Shown piece after piece: positions 38,803 through 50,510 of a stretch of DNA of 64,000 bases. Within the stretch, counting starts at the first letter, position 1. The number at the start of each line of letters is the position of its first letter. Source of the stretch: Octopus sinensis (Eukaryota); contig NC_042997.1 in NCBI RefSeq assembly GCF_006345805.1, positions 62,682,001 to 62,746,000 of the forward strand. The letters are read 5' to 3'. The translations under genes were made by a program, and so were the position numbers. The notes under the pieces are model-generated. The model had not been told where the DNA came from, did not search any database, and worked only from the letters and a program-made list of their open reading frames with translations.

Positions 38803-39012
38803 ACTTTCTACTATAGACACAGGGCCTCAAATTTGCGGAAGGGGACTAGTCGATTACATCGACTCCAGTACTCAACTGGTACTTATTTTACTGACCGTGA
38901 AAGGATGAAAGGCAAAGTTAACCATGGCAGAATTTGAACTCAGAGCTTAAAGACAAATGAAATGCCGCTAAGCATTTCGTCCGGCATGCTAACAATTCTG
39001 CCAGCTTGCTGC
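38803..39012 (-). mobile_element. tRNA-derived SINE
   Basis: Reverse complement of the 6429-6646 family. Confidence 0.8.
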
Positions 39013-39209
39013 CTTATAATGATGTTATAATAATAATACTAGCTGAATTGTTGTATACTGATGATTATTAATGAGCAATTGAGGTGTGTTAGTGTTTCTT
39101 TTTTATCTGCTGTGTATTGTTATTTAGTTTCAAGTTAGTCCTCAATTCAGCAGACAGACCTATGATCATAGTTATTCTAACCAAGACCGTCCTGTTTTTT
39201 TTTTGTTTA

Positions 39210-39428
39210 CCCTTTAGCATTTAAACCGGTCTTACCTAGCCAGAATATTCTACCGGTTTTAAGTTCAAACCAGCCTGATTTGACCTCTTACATCCACCCT
39301 ACGATGTTATTCTAAAAGTAAACGAGCACATCATTTGAAATCATGAAGCTACATGATAATGTAGGATTAATTCAAAAGAATGTCAATGTGAGCATGGCAT
39401 TTCATAAAGTAATCTGAATGCCAGAGGG
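39210..39428. mobile_element. piggyBac-type MITE (family of 8582-8796)
   Basis: ccctttagcatttaaaccgg ... ctgaatgccagaggg TTAA. Confidence 0.75.
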
Positions 39429-39897
39429 TTAAAGGTATCTAGTATTTCATTGTCCAGTGTGTTATTTTCTGTGATGCTAGGATATTTTTGAGGAAAGTCA
39501 GTAGCTACATTGAGCAAAGAAAGCAACTACATTGATGTTCCCTTATTAGTTCTTGTGGTTTGCCCATCTGGTGTCTAATCCATATAACTATTGCAGCCTA
39601 TATATCTGAATATACTTGTTATAACAAATGTATTCAAATATGGGGAATTATTAATTTTATGATTTAAAAGAAAAACAATAATTGTTTTCATGAGAAAAAT
39701 TTTCGAGGTTGGCAAGACTGATACACATATTTGGAATATCTTGAGTTATCTGCAAAGGTAAAAAAAAAAAGAAACAATTCTGCACCCTTTATGCTGTAAA
39801 TATGTTGTTTCCTCGCAACTTCATTCCAACTGCCCCTGACTGATGTAAGAAATTACTCTTTTTTTTTTCGTTAACTTATTTTTATTGTTATTTTTAG

Positions 39898-39990
39898 GCT
39901 GACTGGAATTCATCAGACAGTGACGTCAGTGAAGGGGAGTTAGAGAAGCGACGACGGCACCTGCTGCAGCAGCTAGAAGCTGACCAATAA
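39898..39990 (+). CDS. PRPF40A: PRPF40 terminal coding exon
   Basis: Acceptor tttttattgttatttttAG (39897). Reads [30 protein letters not shown], closely matching the vertebrate PRPF40A/B C-terminus as I recall it ([28 protein letters not shown]). An invertebrate copy is probably co-orthologous to A and B. Confidence 0.88.
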   Translation, partial: [30 protein letters not shown]

Positions 39991-40909
39991 TAAAACAAAG
40001 CAAAAAAGAAGTGTTCTCTTTGCCAAGAACTATTTACTACAACCACACCACCACCACCACCACCACTATTACTATTTACTATTACTACTACTATTCTACT
40101 ACTATTCTACTACTACAACTTCTATGTTCATCACATCACATACATAAATAATAACCAGTCTGCCTCTTTGTTTCTTTTTCTTTTAATCTATCATGAAGTT
40201 ATTTTTTAAAATTTTAGCACCTATTATTCAAAGACATTCTAACCATGACCATCCCATCTTTTTCCTTTTCAGCATAGCCTGTGTGTATGTGTGTGCACAA
40301 AAGATCAGCTTATCCATTGTGCCTATCTTATTTTTAAAAAAAATGCTGGGTAACTTTAGAGGGATATTGACTGCTATTTCTACACATTGAGTAACTCTCT
40401 TGAAGTTCTGTTGTTAATTTACATTTTAGTTATCTTTCTCCATGTCACCCCCCCCCCCATGTATTGATTTCATCTTTTTCTTTCCCACTGATATTTAATT
40501 AGCGACCAACCAACCTATCTACTTGCCTCCTGAGTTACATACCAGCTTATTTATCTTCTGAATCTATCAACCAAAGCTGCTTATCTAACTTTGCTGCATG
40601 ATCATGGATTACTTCCAATAGTTTCCATGTGAAGATTATCTATAGCGCTTTGACATAGTTGCTCTAGGGTTGAATGTATGTGTGTGTATGTGAGTGAATA
40701 CAGGCATTGCTATGTGGTTAAGATGTTTGTTTCTCAGCCATGTGGTTTTCGGTTCAATCTCATTGTGTGTGTTTATGTTCTCCTTGTCCTGACATCTTGT
40801 GATAATTGTAAATGAATGTCACTGGTGTCATTTGTTTCAAATCTTCCATAATAACATGTCTGGCCATGGGGGAGGAAACGAATTATACCTGATTAATGAA
40901 AACATGGTG

Positions 40910-40969
<60 letters not shown>

Positions 40970-40970
40970 T

Positions 40971-41005
40971 ACTAGCAGAGATACCCGGTGTTGCTTGGGA
41001 TCAAA
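40971..41005 (-). mobile_element. Helitron 3' terminus (hairpin + CTAG)
   Basis: Minus strand reads cccaagcaacaccggg-tatctctg-CTAG-t, the canonical subterminal hairpin then CTAG. Confidence 0.6.
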
Positions 41006-41245
41006 ATGGCATAGTTTTTTTTATTGTTTTACTTGTTTTTGTCACGTGACTATAGACATGCTGGAGCAGCCCTTTTAGTTGAAGAAATTGACCCCATGAT
41101 TTATTCTTTGTACACCTAGTACTCATTCTATCGGAGTGTTTTGCCAAACAGCTAAGTTACAGGGTTGTAAACACAGCAACATCAGTTGTCAGGTGATGGG
41201 GGAGGGGTACAGACACACACACACACACACACACACAGATATGGA

Positions 41246-41292
<47 letters not shown>

Positions 41293-41448
41293 TTACAATT
41301 ACTCAATAGTCAAGATAAAACTCTGAGTTTCAGATGCTGAAGTGGAAATCCACAACACCATCTCTTCAGTTATCTGGATTACTTACAATAGTTTCCATGT
41401 GTAGATTATTGAGGTCTCTTTCTTTCTTTTGTTATCTTACCGTTTTTA

Positions 41449-41494
<46 letters not shown>

Positions 41495-41505
41495 CATACA
41501 TACAC

Positions 41506-44500
41506 ATGGTGGTTGTCTACTCCTTATGCAGAGTTTGACCACCTGTACCTATACCTTATCACCATCATGCCATCTGATGTGGCTTTTTAAACCAGACAAT
41601 GTTCTGAAAAGACACCCACATAGATTGCACCTCCAATTTGGACCGAGCCGCAGATAAGTTCTGCTATTTGTGGATCTTAAAATGTCTTTTGAGGCCTCTG
41701 TTGGATTTGCAAACCTTCTAGCATACACTGCATTCAAAGGCTGAATAGTTGGTGGAGGTTTGTTTTCCATGTGTTCGCATATGAGATTTGAGGCCAGCAA
41801 AAGACAGGCATGGCTGTCACAAAGAGGTTATTGCCATTCACCTTCTTGAGTGTTACATTCTTCCTTAGATCTCATTTGAGTCTTACTTGCATTATCCTGG
41901 CCTCTTCAAATCTGAGTGAAAGAAATCCATTTAATTTTTAAAATGTGATGAAGGCATTTTTGGTGGAATTGTTCTAACAATTTAAAATGCCTTTCATAAC
42001 AAATCCAAGTTTCACAAGAATACAACAGGAATGGTGACACAAATGATTTGTAAAGAGCCAGTTTTGTATTTTAATTTATATGTCGCTGGCACCAAACATG
42101 TGACTCCAAGCCACCAAATGCTTTTGCTGCCCTATGAATTCGCAGCTGTATTTCTGTATCAAGATTTCCATCATTTTGAACAGAGCTTACAAGGTAGACA
42201 AACGAATTGATAACCTCAAGTAACTTTCCCTTAACAAAAATTTTAGTGGGGTTACAAACAGCATTAACATGCAGGTTGATGCATTACAACAGTTTTTTTT
42301 CAAGTTGATGATCAAGTCAAGTCAAATGCAGAGATTGCAGACCTGTTTCAGAATGACTGATAAAATCACATTCATCAGCATACAAAGGTTCCCTAATGAG
42401 TGCAGTAAAACCATCGTTTTGAATTTCAGTCTGGTCAGGTTAAGAACCTTCCCTGTTGTTCGATATTTTATGTAAATACCCTCCTCAGAGTTTTGAAAAG
42501 CATGTGACAACACAACAGCAAAGTATATTGCAAAGAGGGTGGGTGCTTCAAGGTCACCTTGCTTAACTTCATTTTCCACAGCAAAATTAACTCTAGCTTT
42601 CATATCATGATGCAAAGCCCTGATCACGTTTACAAATTTTTCTGGGCAGCCTATTTTCCTTAGAATTAGCCACAAAGCATTTCGATTAACAGTATTGAAT
42701 GCTTTGGTCAAATCAACAAAGCAGTGGTATAGAGTAAGATTCTGTTCAATGTACTTTTCTTGTAATTGTCTGACAGTAAAGATACAACCAGCTGTGCTCC
42801 TGGAGGAATGAAAACCACACTGAGACACTATATTTGGAACTATAAAGGTATTTAAATGTTCTAACAAAATGCGGGCAAGTACCTTTCCAAAAAGCAAAAT
42901 CCCACAAAAATTATCACACAGATCCTTTGGCCCCAATTTATACAAGGAGACTAAAATGGCATCAATCCAGTCTTGGTACTTTCTCAGTTCTTCAACAGTG
43001 ACAAATTAGTATATTTAAGAGTTCAAATTTGTCACCCCTATATTTCAAGACTTCTGCACAGATTCCATCAGACTTTGGGAACTTATTATTATTCAGCTTA
43101 TTCACAGTCGGTTAAAGTTGGTTCAAATGCCATCTCTTCTATAACTGGAAGATGTTCCATTTTTTCTATTGTCCTGATGTCAACGGATGATGGTTTATTC
43201 AAAAGTGCAGAAAAATGTTCTACCCAATGCTTATGAATAGAAGTAGTGTCAGTCAGAAGAAAACATCTATTTGCTGTTCTCATTGGAGCTATTGAAGAAG
43301 ATTTTGGACCATATACCTCCTTAACATGAGAGTACAAACCCTTGCCATCATTTCTATCAGCTGCTTCTTGTGTCCTTTTTACTCTATCATTCCACTATTC
43401 CTGTTTTATTTTCCTTAGAGCAGTCTGCACTTACCCTTTCAGCTTTCTGTAAGCTTCGTTTGATTTGGGGTTCAATGACTGTAAAAGAAGTGTATTGCCT
43501 AAGTTTTGTTTTTCTAAAATTAGATCATGAATTTCTGCTGATCTATCTGAGAATCAGTCACTGGACGTATGTGATTTAAATCCCAATGACGAACTTGCAG
43601 CTTGAAATACTTTTGTTTTGAAATCTTCTCATAGATTGTTTGAGTCAAGATTGATACTTTCTATAGTATTGTGGAATCTTTGCAAGTTGCTTGGTAATTT
43701 AAAGTTTGCAACATTTAACTTTTTGGGTACCTTAGGACCAGACTGTTGATTTTTAGGCATTATCGAAAAATCTATTTTTCCATGCACCAGATGGTCACTC
43801 CAGCTTTCTTCCCCTCTCATGGCCCAAATGCTAGAAACGTCTTTCATATCACATTTTCTGATCAGAATATAATTTATGAGATACCAGTGCTTAGATCTTG
43901 GGTGTATCCAGCTGGTTTTATATTTATTTTTCTGCTTAAAAAGAGTGTTGGTGACAACCAGATTATTCTCAGTACAAAACATCAAACGAGCTACTCCATT
44001 TTTACTGCATTTTCCAATCCCATGTTGACTTAAAAAAAGGTCATGAAACATAGTCCTTTCCAACTCTTGCATTGAAATCTCCCAATATGACCAGATTGTC
44101 AGAAATTGGTACTTTCCTCAATAATTGTGCTAGGTCATCATAAAACTGTCCTACAGTTTCATCAGAACGGAACATTGTTGGTGCATAAATACTGACAACG
44201 GTAAGAAACCTACTTTTTGTCAGTTTAATATGGCATGACATGATCCATTCAGATATGCCACTTGGAAGCTCTGCAATGGAGGATACTAATGTTTTCTTGA
44301 GACAAGCCTAACACCAAATTCTCAATGGTAGGCATCTCCAAAAGATAGTATATCCATAAGTGGGTTCATTTACTTGACCCTCACTAGAGATGAGTTTCAG
44401 AGAGTGCAACTATATTGGGAATATTTCCTAAGCTTACATGCAATAAGTGCAGTATGCTTTTCTGGTCTCTTGTTGAAATTATCATCAAGAAGTGTGTGCA

Positions 44501-44870
44501 CATTCCAACAACCAAAATTCAAAAGATGTTTATTCTTACTTTTTCTTGAAGATTGTTTGACCACAGTGGCAGGATGACGACTGGGCCCAGCCTGTGATAC
44601 ACTGGGACACCTGCTGAGCCAGACCTGTTCCCCTGACGTTCCCAAGCCTTTTTGCCATTTACTGAATCTGTTTGAGACATTTTAGAGTAAGTTACAAGTG
44701 CATTTTTAGGTTTCTGCCAACTAACTAATTCAATGATTTTTACCAAGATTTGGAGTACATGAAGTACCTGTGCAGATGAGTAATTTTCAGTGAGTGTAGC
44801 TTGCACTGCACTACCCCCACCTATTGGCCAAAGAAGACTTTTGCCGATGTGACATGAAAATTGACACAAA
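41506..44870 (-). mobile_element. Near full-length RTE (BovB-like) LINE, inactivated
   Basis: APE endonuclease motifs (GCWNVHTL, VSIYAPT, ILGDFNARVG, WSDH), RT motifs (QCGFHSSRST, FVDLTKAFNTVNR, VKQG, LYADE at about 42371-42388) and a C-terminal C2H2 finger (CNLCGCLFRTLSGLKSHIR); multiple frameshifts, stops and internal deletions. Confidence 0.93.
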
Positions 44871-44879
44871 ACCAGGAAC

Positions 44880-45530
44880 TTCCAAGGCCAGGTTTTATTT
44901 CAGAGATTTCCTCCTAGGTAGATTACCAAACAAGGTTAAAGAGCTTCTACCTGCCCATGAGGTAAGCTATCCCATTCCAGACATTCAAACATTCTATAAA
45001 GTGATCAAATATCACTCCGGTGACCAACACGGAGTAGCTCATTCATAAAAAATAAAAAGGTATGATATGTGATTTGCTAATGTAAATAAGAATTATATAT
45101 AAATATAAAAAACTAAAAGTTATGCAATAAAATAAATATGTATATAAAACTAAAACATATACATAAAGAAAAAGGTATGGTGTGCGAATAAGAATTACAT
45201 ATAAATAATATTGTATAAAGAAAAGTAAAAGATATAAAATGATATATACAAAAAGGGACAACAAAACATCCAGATAGACGATACAAAGAAAACAAGGAAG
45301 GGTCATTCGAAATTTTCTTTCCCCAGTCAAGCACCAGATTATCTTGGCAATTTCGGCTGATTATTCTTGAGATTGCTCCAATCCGGCCAGCCCCAAGGAA
45401 AAACTAAGCTAAGAGCATTAGACTCCTTGGAAGAAAGCAGCGAATGTATACAAAAACAAGGACGGAAAAAAACGGACAATGTTACACAAATATAAATACA
45501 ATAAAAATAATAACATCAGGTGTCTTTCTA
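44880..45530 (+). mobile_element. Probable LINE (L1/Tx1-like) ORF2 terminus and 3' UTR
   Basis: Reads ARFYFRDFLLGRLPNKVKELLP...FYKVIKYH, then an A-rich UTR that recurs at 16331-16530; clade assignment is from memory only. Confidence 0.4.
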
Positions 45531-46056
45531 CTTTATGGACGAATTGAATTAAACTGGCGCGTATGGAAATGAAGCCTTACGGCAGAGATACAAAATTTTC
45601 ACAAACACGGAAGAATATCGATGTTGCACGCACAATTGTCAGACCAAGAAAAAAAGAACAGGCTTGGCCGAACGGCGGTCACGTTAGAAGAGAAGAGAGA
45701 GAAGTAAAAGCAGAGGGACAGAAGAATTAAGGAGGGGCGAGAAAAAATGACATGGATTCAGTGAAGTGAAAAGTGGAGGGAAAGGGAGTAAGAAGAGAAG
45801 GCAAAGAAATGTGAGAGAGGGGGAACGAAATAAGCGTGAAAGGGCTGATAGACAGAAACAGAGTCTGTGTGCATTCAAAGCAATGATTAGTAAATTTCAC
45901 AAAACCGGTAATGACTTTTATTACCTTTATTCCTACCTCAGTTCATCTAATTGTATATATATAACGTTACTTTTCATAAAAAGCCTTTACTTTTTTTGAT
46001 TTCTAATGTACATTTTCGCTTATTTTTCTTATTAATTTCCCATATATATATATATA

Positions 46057-46370
46057 TCATCGTTTAACGTCCGCTTTCCATGCTGGCATGGGTTGGACGG
46101 TTTGGCCGCAAGCATGGGTTGGACGGTTGGCCGTAAGCAGGTATACTTTCAGCAAAGTGAGGGTTAGCAGTAATTTCAGCAAGGAATCTAGTTTTTACAG
46201 ATGGATGCCCTTCCTAACGCCAGCCACTCCGAGTGTAGTGGGCACTTTTACGTGCCAACGGCACATGTGCCGGTAAGACGACGCTGGCAAAGATCACTCT
46301 CGAATGGTGCTTTTTACGTGTCACCGGCACGGGAGCCAATCCGTGGTCCTAGCAACGATCACGGAAAAGC
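46057..46370 (-). mobile_element. RTE-3'-tail-related repeat with atypical internal segment
   Basis: catcgtttaacgtccgctttccatgc...ggatgcccttcctaacgcc; CpGs intact. Confidence 0.8.
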
Positions 46371-46959
46371 ATTTTATATACTTATACATATATATGTATG
46401 TAGTATATATCATTTATAAAGTAAAGATCTGGAGAAGTGCTCAGTACGTAGGTCTGTCCACCAGCCTTTCCTAATCTGGGGTTTCCACGGTATGCAACCT
46501 TCTCTTCAGACAAGTCCAGACTGGCAAAGAGACACATTTCATCAGTCTGGTAGAAGTAGCGTGGGTAAAAAATGTATGTATTAGTGCAAAAGTATTGATA
46601 ACACATAGACGCGCTCAAGAATGAAGGACAGTGGGGAAGGAAATGGTTCAACATGTGCTTACATACAAACACACCTACATACCGATGTACATATGCATCT
46701 CTGGTCAGTCTTTTGTTACCTGTTATCATTTCACCTCATTGACCTTAAAACAGGTAAAGACAGACTGACTGCAGTGTTTGTGTGGTTTTATGCATACTTT
46801 TGAATTGCATCTGTGTAACCCCTCCCCTAAAGAAGTGGCTTCACATCACTGGAACTCGTAAAAAAATTTTTTCTTGACTCCTATGACATGCAAGCCGTAA
46901 ACAGGTATACTTTCAGCAAAGTGAGGGTTAGCAGTAATTTCAGCAAGGAATCTAGTGTA

Positions 46960-48050
46960 CAAATATGTGTCCACCACAGTGTTCATTTCTCAGCCATCTC
47001 TTTCTTTATAGTTTATCTGGCCATAACAGAATTTTGCGACAAGCTGTCCATGGAAATTCCAATGTCCCTGTTGATAACTAAGTCCTCTTAGCTTAATCTG
47101 TTCGAAATTTACAGAAATTCGAAAAGTTGAAGCAAAACCTAGAATCGAGCGATTTTAATGCAAGTCTACAAAAGTTGCAGGAAAATGGTAGACAAGAATC
47201 TGTAGTTATCTGGGGAAGTGGCCACACTTGAAAAAGAATAAGTAGAAATTCTACATAGTGTATCCAATATAAACTACGTGCGCCCAAGATTTGTAGTGCA
47301 ATTATCAGGTTGAGCGAAAACTTCGTATGTAGCATGTGCACGAGTAATTAATAGTTGGAGGAACTTAAGAATATACTCTTTCAAATGTTTGGAAAGTTCC
47401 CTAATAGTAACTAATAGCTGCAGTTAACTCGGTGACGTAATTAGCAGTGTAGGTAGATGAATCTAAAAGCATAGGAACTACTTCAAGAGTAGAGTGAATA
47501 TAATTCACTGGCAACAAGATTGTCTTTCTGAGTGAAGGGCATATTGTGTTAAGTTGTATGTATAGTGTGGTGTTGAGCCCATGAAAAGCATGAGCAACGA
47601 ATGAAGAACAAGTGTGACAATTAAAAAGATGAAACACGTATTCAGCAGGATTTGTAATGTTAGTATGAATAATGAAAGAAATGACCAGGGAAAGAAACTG
47701 AGTATAAGTGGAGTTAGATGAAACATGTTAGGGAGAAGATACGGTGCGGATAGATGATCCTTAAGATTAAAAAATGAATAATAATACAAGTGAGAGGAAC
47801 TTGGGGAGAAGAGAGACCAGGATAAAATGTGAGAGGTGAGTTCAATGAAGATAAAATATTGCAATAAGTGGCGAGTTTCTGTGCAATGAACAGCTAAGGA
47901 TTATTTTGTTTTAAAGGGTTTGGAGTCAGTTTGATCCACAACTGTTCAACACATTTGGTCTGCTGTCATTGCAACTATTATTGTATAACTGGAGTGATGG
48001 AAGCAGCAGTTTGGAGAGTGCCTTACTGTATTTAGTTATGTCCCTGTATT
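46960..48050 (-). mobile_element. L1/Tx1-like APE endonuclease relic
   Basis: Minus strand gives frameshifted hints in the expected order: FIAQ(E)TH-like, FSPSSSH, LTQYAL (INIYAP-like), LGNF (GDFN-like), CGHFP (SDH-like), HWNF (WKLN-like). Strongly decayed. Confidence 0.45.
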
Positions 48051-49332
48051 GCATCAAACGATCAATGTTTCTGTCTCGTAATAGGAAGGGTAATTTAATC
48101 TACTATATCAAATGTTGTATACATTCAGTTGTAGAGATTGTGCTAGGGATTTGTACGACAAAAACTTTACAAATTGAGGTGTGAATGAGTGCTGAACATA
48201 ACATGTATGTTCTTAAATGGGTTCTGTTATTTAATTGATATTTAAATTTTAATATTTTACAAGTCTTATGATGTAATAATATTGTTTTTTATGTAAATAT
48301 CGTTTATGTAATGATCTAATTATCGAAATTTTCTATATAATTATTAGATATTAACTTTAAGTTTATTCGTAAGAATTTACTTAGCGATAGATATGTTGTT
48401 TGATAGCAAGTATACGAGTTGTTAAAGTTAGGTTTATGTATATACATGTATTAATAGCATTAATTGTAGTTTTAAATTTCTTATAATTATTATTTTAACT
48501 TATCTATTGTCTTTTTAAATTGATATTTGCTAGATTTATTATTCCCTTTGATAAATATATTTATAGTATTTATTTATAGTATTTATTTGATACTATATAA
48601 CTACGAATTGATTATTTCTGTAAGTATTTTAAATATAAGATTACTGAATGTTATTATTTAGCCAACGAGATATAAATATAGTTAATTTGCTATTGCGTTC
48701 GTTTAAGATTGTTTGTTTGTATTTTTGTAATTAGGTATTTCATCTTTAAATATGAAAAATTAATTTATTAGGTCTTTATTATATGTGCATATATATTTAT
48801 TTATAGAGATTATAGATCTTAATTATAATATTTGTATACATATATATATTTTCATTGATAACTTATATATTATTTAAATTTTATATTTTTAATAATATAA
48901 TAGTTTTTTTGTAAAATATTTATGTAATTAGATATTGACTATTACTGATATAAGATAATTGGTGGGTTTCTTACCTTAAAAATTAATACTTAAAAATTAA
49001 AATTAATATTTAACATTATAATTAATGTTTTGATATAATCATAATCGTTAAGTTTCTAGTTTGATAATAGAGTTTTTTATAAGTAAAATTATATTATTTA
49101 TTTCTTTAAAATATTGTTTAAATATTTCTGATTACTTATTAAAATATTACAATTAACCTGAAGATTGACTGTAACCATAATTCAAATTATTATTGTTATT
49201 CGAATTGGTTACGGGCATGAAACGATCGTAGTGTTTTTACTATTTATCTTATATTAAACTTTTAATACTTTTTGATAGTTATATAATTTACAAAAAAAAA
49301 TAAATAAAATAAAATAAAACAATAATAATAAT

Positions 49333-49381
<49 letters not shown>

Positions 49382-50454
49382 AAAATTTATAAGTTTAAAT
49401 TATAATAATTTTAAAAATTTAAACTTTAATTTAAATATTTTAATTTGGAATTTTATATTTTTTATATTTATATTTTATATTTTTTTAATTAATTTTATTT
49501 CTGTGTATTGGCTTATGATTTTCACTGTTTGAGTTGCATAATAGTGGTTTTGTCTCTAATGTAATATATATATATATATAAGAAAGAGCGAGACATCATG
49601 TACTGATGATTAATCTCTTTCATCGACTAACATTTCAATACATACATACAAGAATACATACATGCAATCATACATACATACAGCCTCTTTAATGCTGATA
49701 CCACGAAAAATGTTCACTGGTACACTCTAAAGTGGTTGAAGGGAATCTATCCATTCGTAGAAATCATGCCAAAACTGACATTTCAGCCAGTCTTATCAAT
49801 CTTGTCAAAACGTCCAGCTCATGCTAGCATGGAAAGTGGACGTAAAATAATGCTGATCTCATCTCCACAGATATTTTATTTTATCATTCACTCAGGGAAG
49901 AAGGGCAGCGCACATTCGCTTTTATTTTGTCACTGCCTTCAAGACAACGAGTTACTCTCAAACTGGAGCCCTAGTCTCAATGCATGTAACAACATGAACA
50001 CCCAAAGTAGTAGATGATGATGCCAAAAAGGACGGCGGATTAAGTCTACACCCAAGAATTCGAACGCAAAAAACCAGAACAAATGCCATAGGGCATCTCG
50101 TCCTACACTAACAATTTCACAATTTCGCTGCCCTAGACTGGCACATTATTTTACCGACCCTGAAAGGACGAAAGACAAATTTGATTTCAACCAGATTTGA
50201 ACGCCATGCTCAAGAGGCAGAAACAAATACCTGAAAATGTTATGTCCTTTGCTTTAACAACTTTACCTATTAACTGGGGCTAAATCTAGCACTTTTTATT
50301 GATCAAGAGTGACTTATTGTAGTCAAATTCTTTGGTACTATATAATAAAAGTTGTTTTGTGTCATCTTAAATTTTTCATGTTTGCATAGTCGAAATAATT
50401 TTGATTGGTACATTTGTTTTTAAAAGCTGGGAGTAGATTCTGTTTGGGGAACGA

Positions 50455-50457
<3 letters not shown>

Positions 50458-50508
<51 letters not shown>
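50458..50508. repeat. (GA)n microsatellite
   Basis: Directly visible. Confidence 0.95.

Positions 50509-50510
<2 letters not shown>

Noticed and set aside
45560-45600. TGAAGCC-ttac-GGC-AGA as a ribozyme core
   Set aside because: A small hairpin is present but neither the CUGANGA nor the GAAA box is intact in this copy.
48190-49500. Mitochondrial insertion (NUMT) as a feature call
   Set aside because: I could not recognise any mitochondrial protein, rRNA or tRNA motif on either strand; kept only as an alternative hypothesis.
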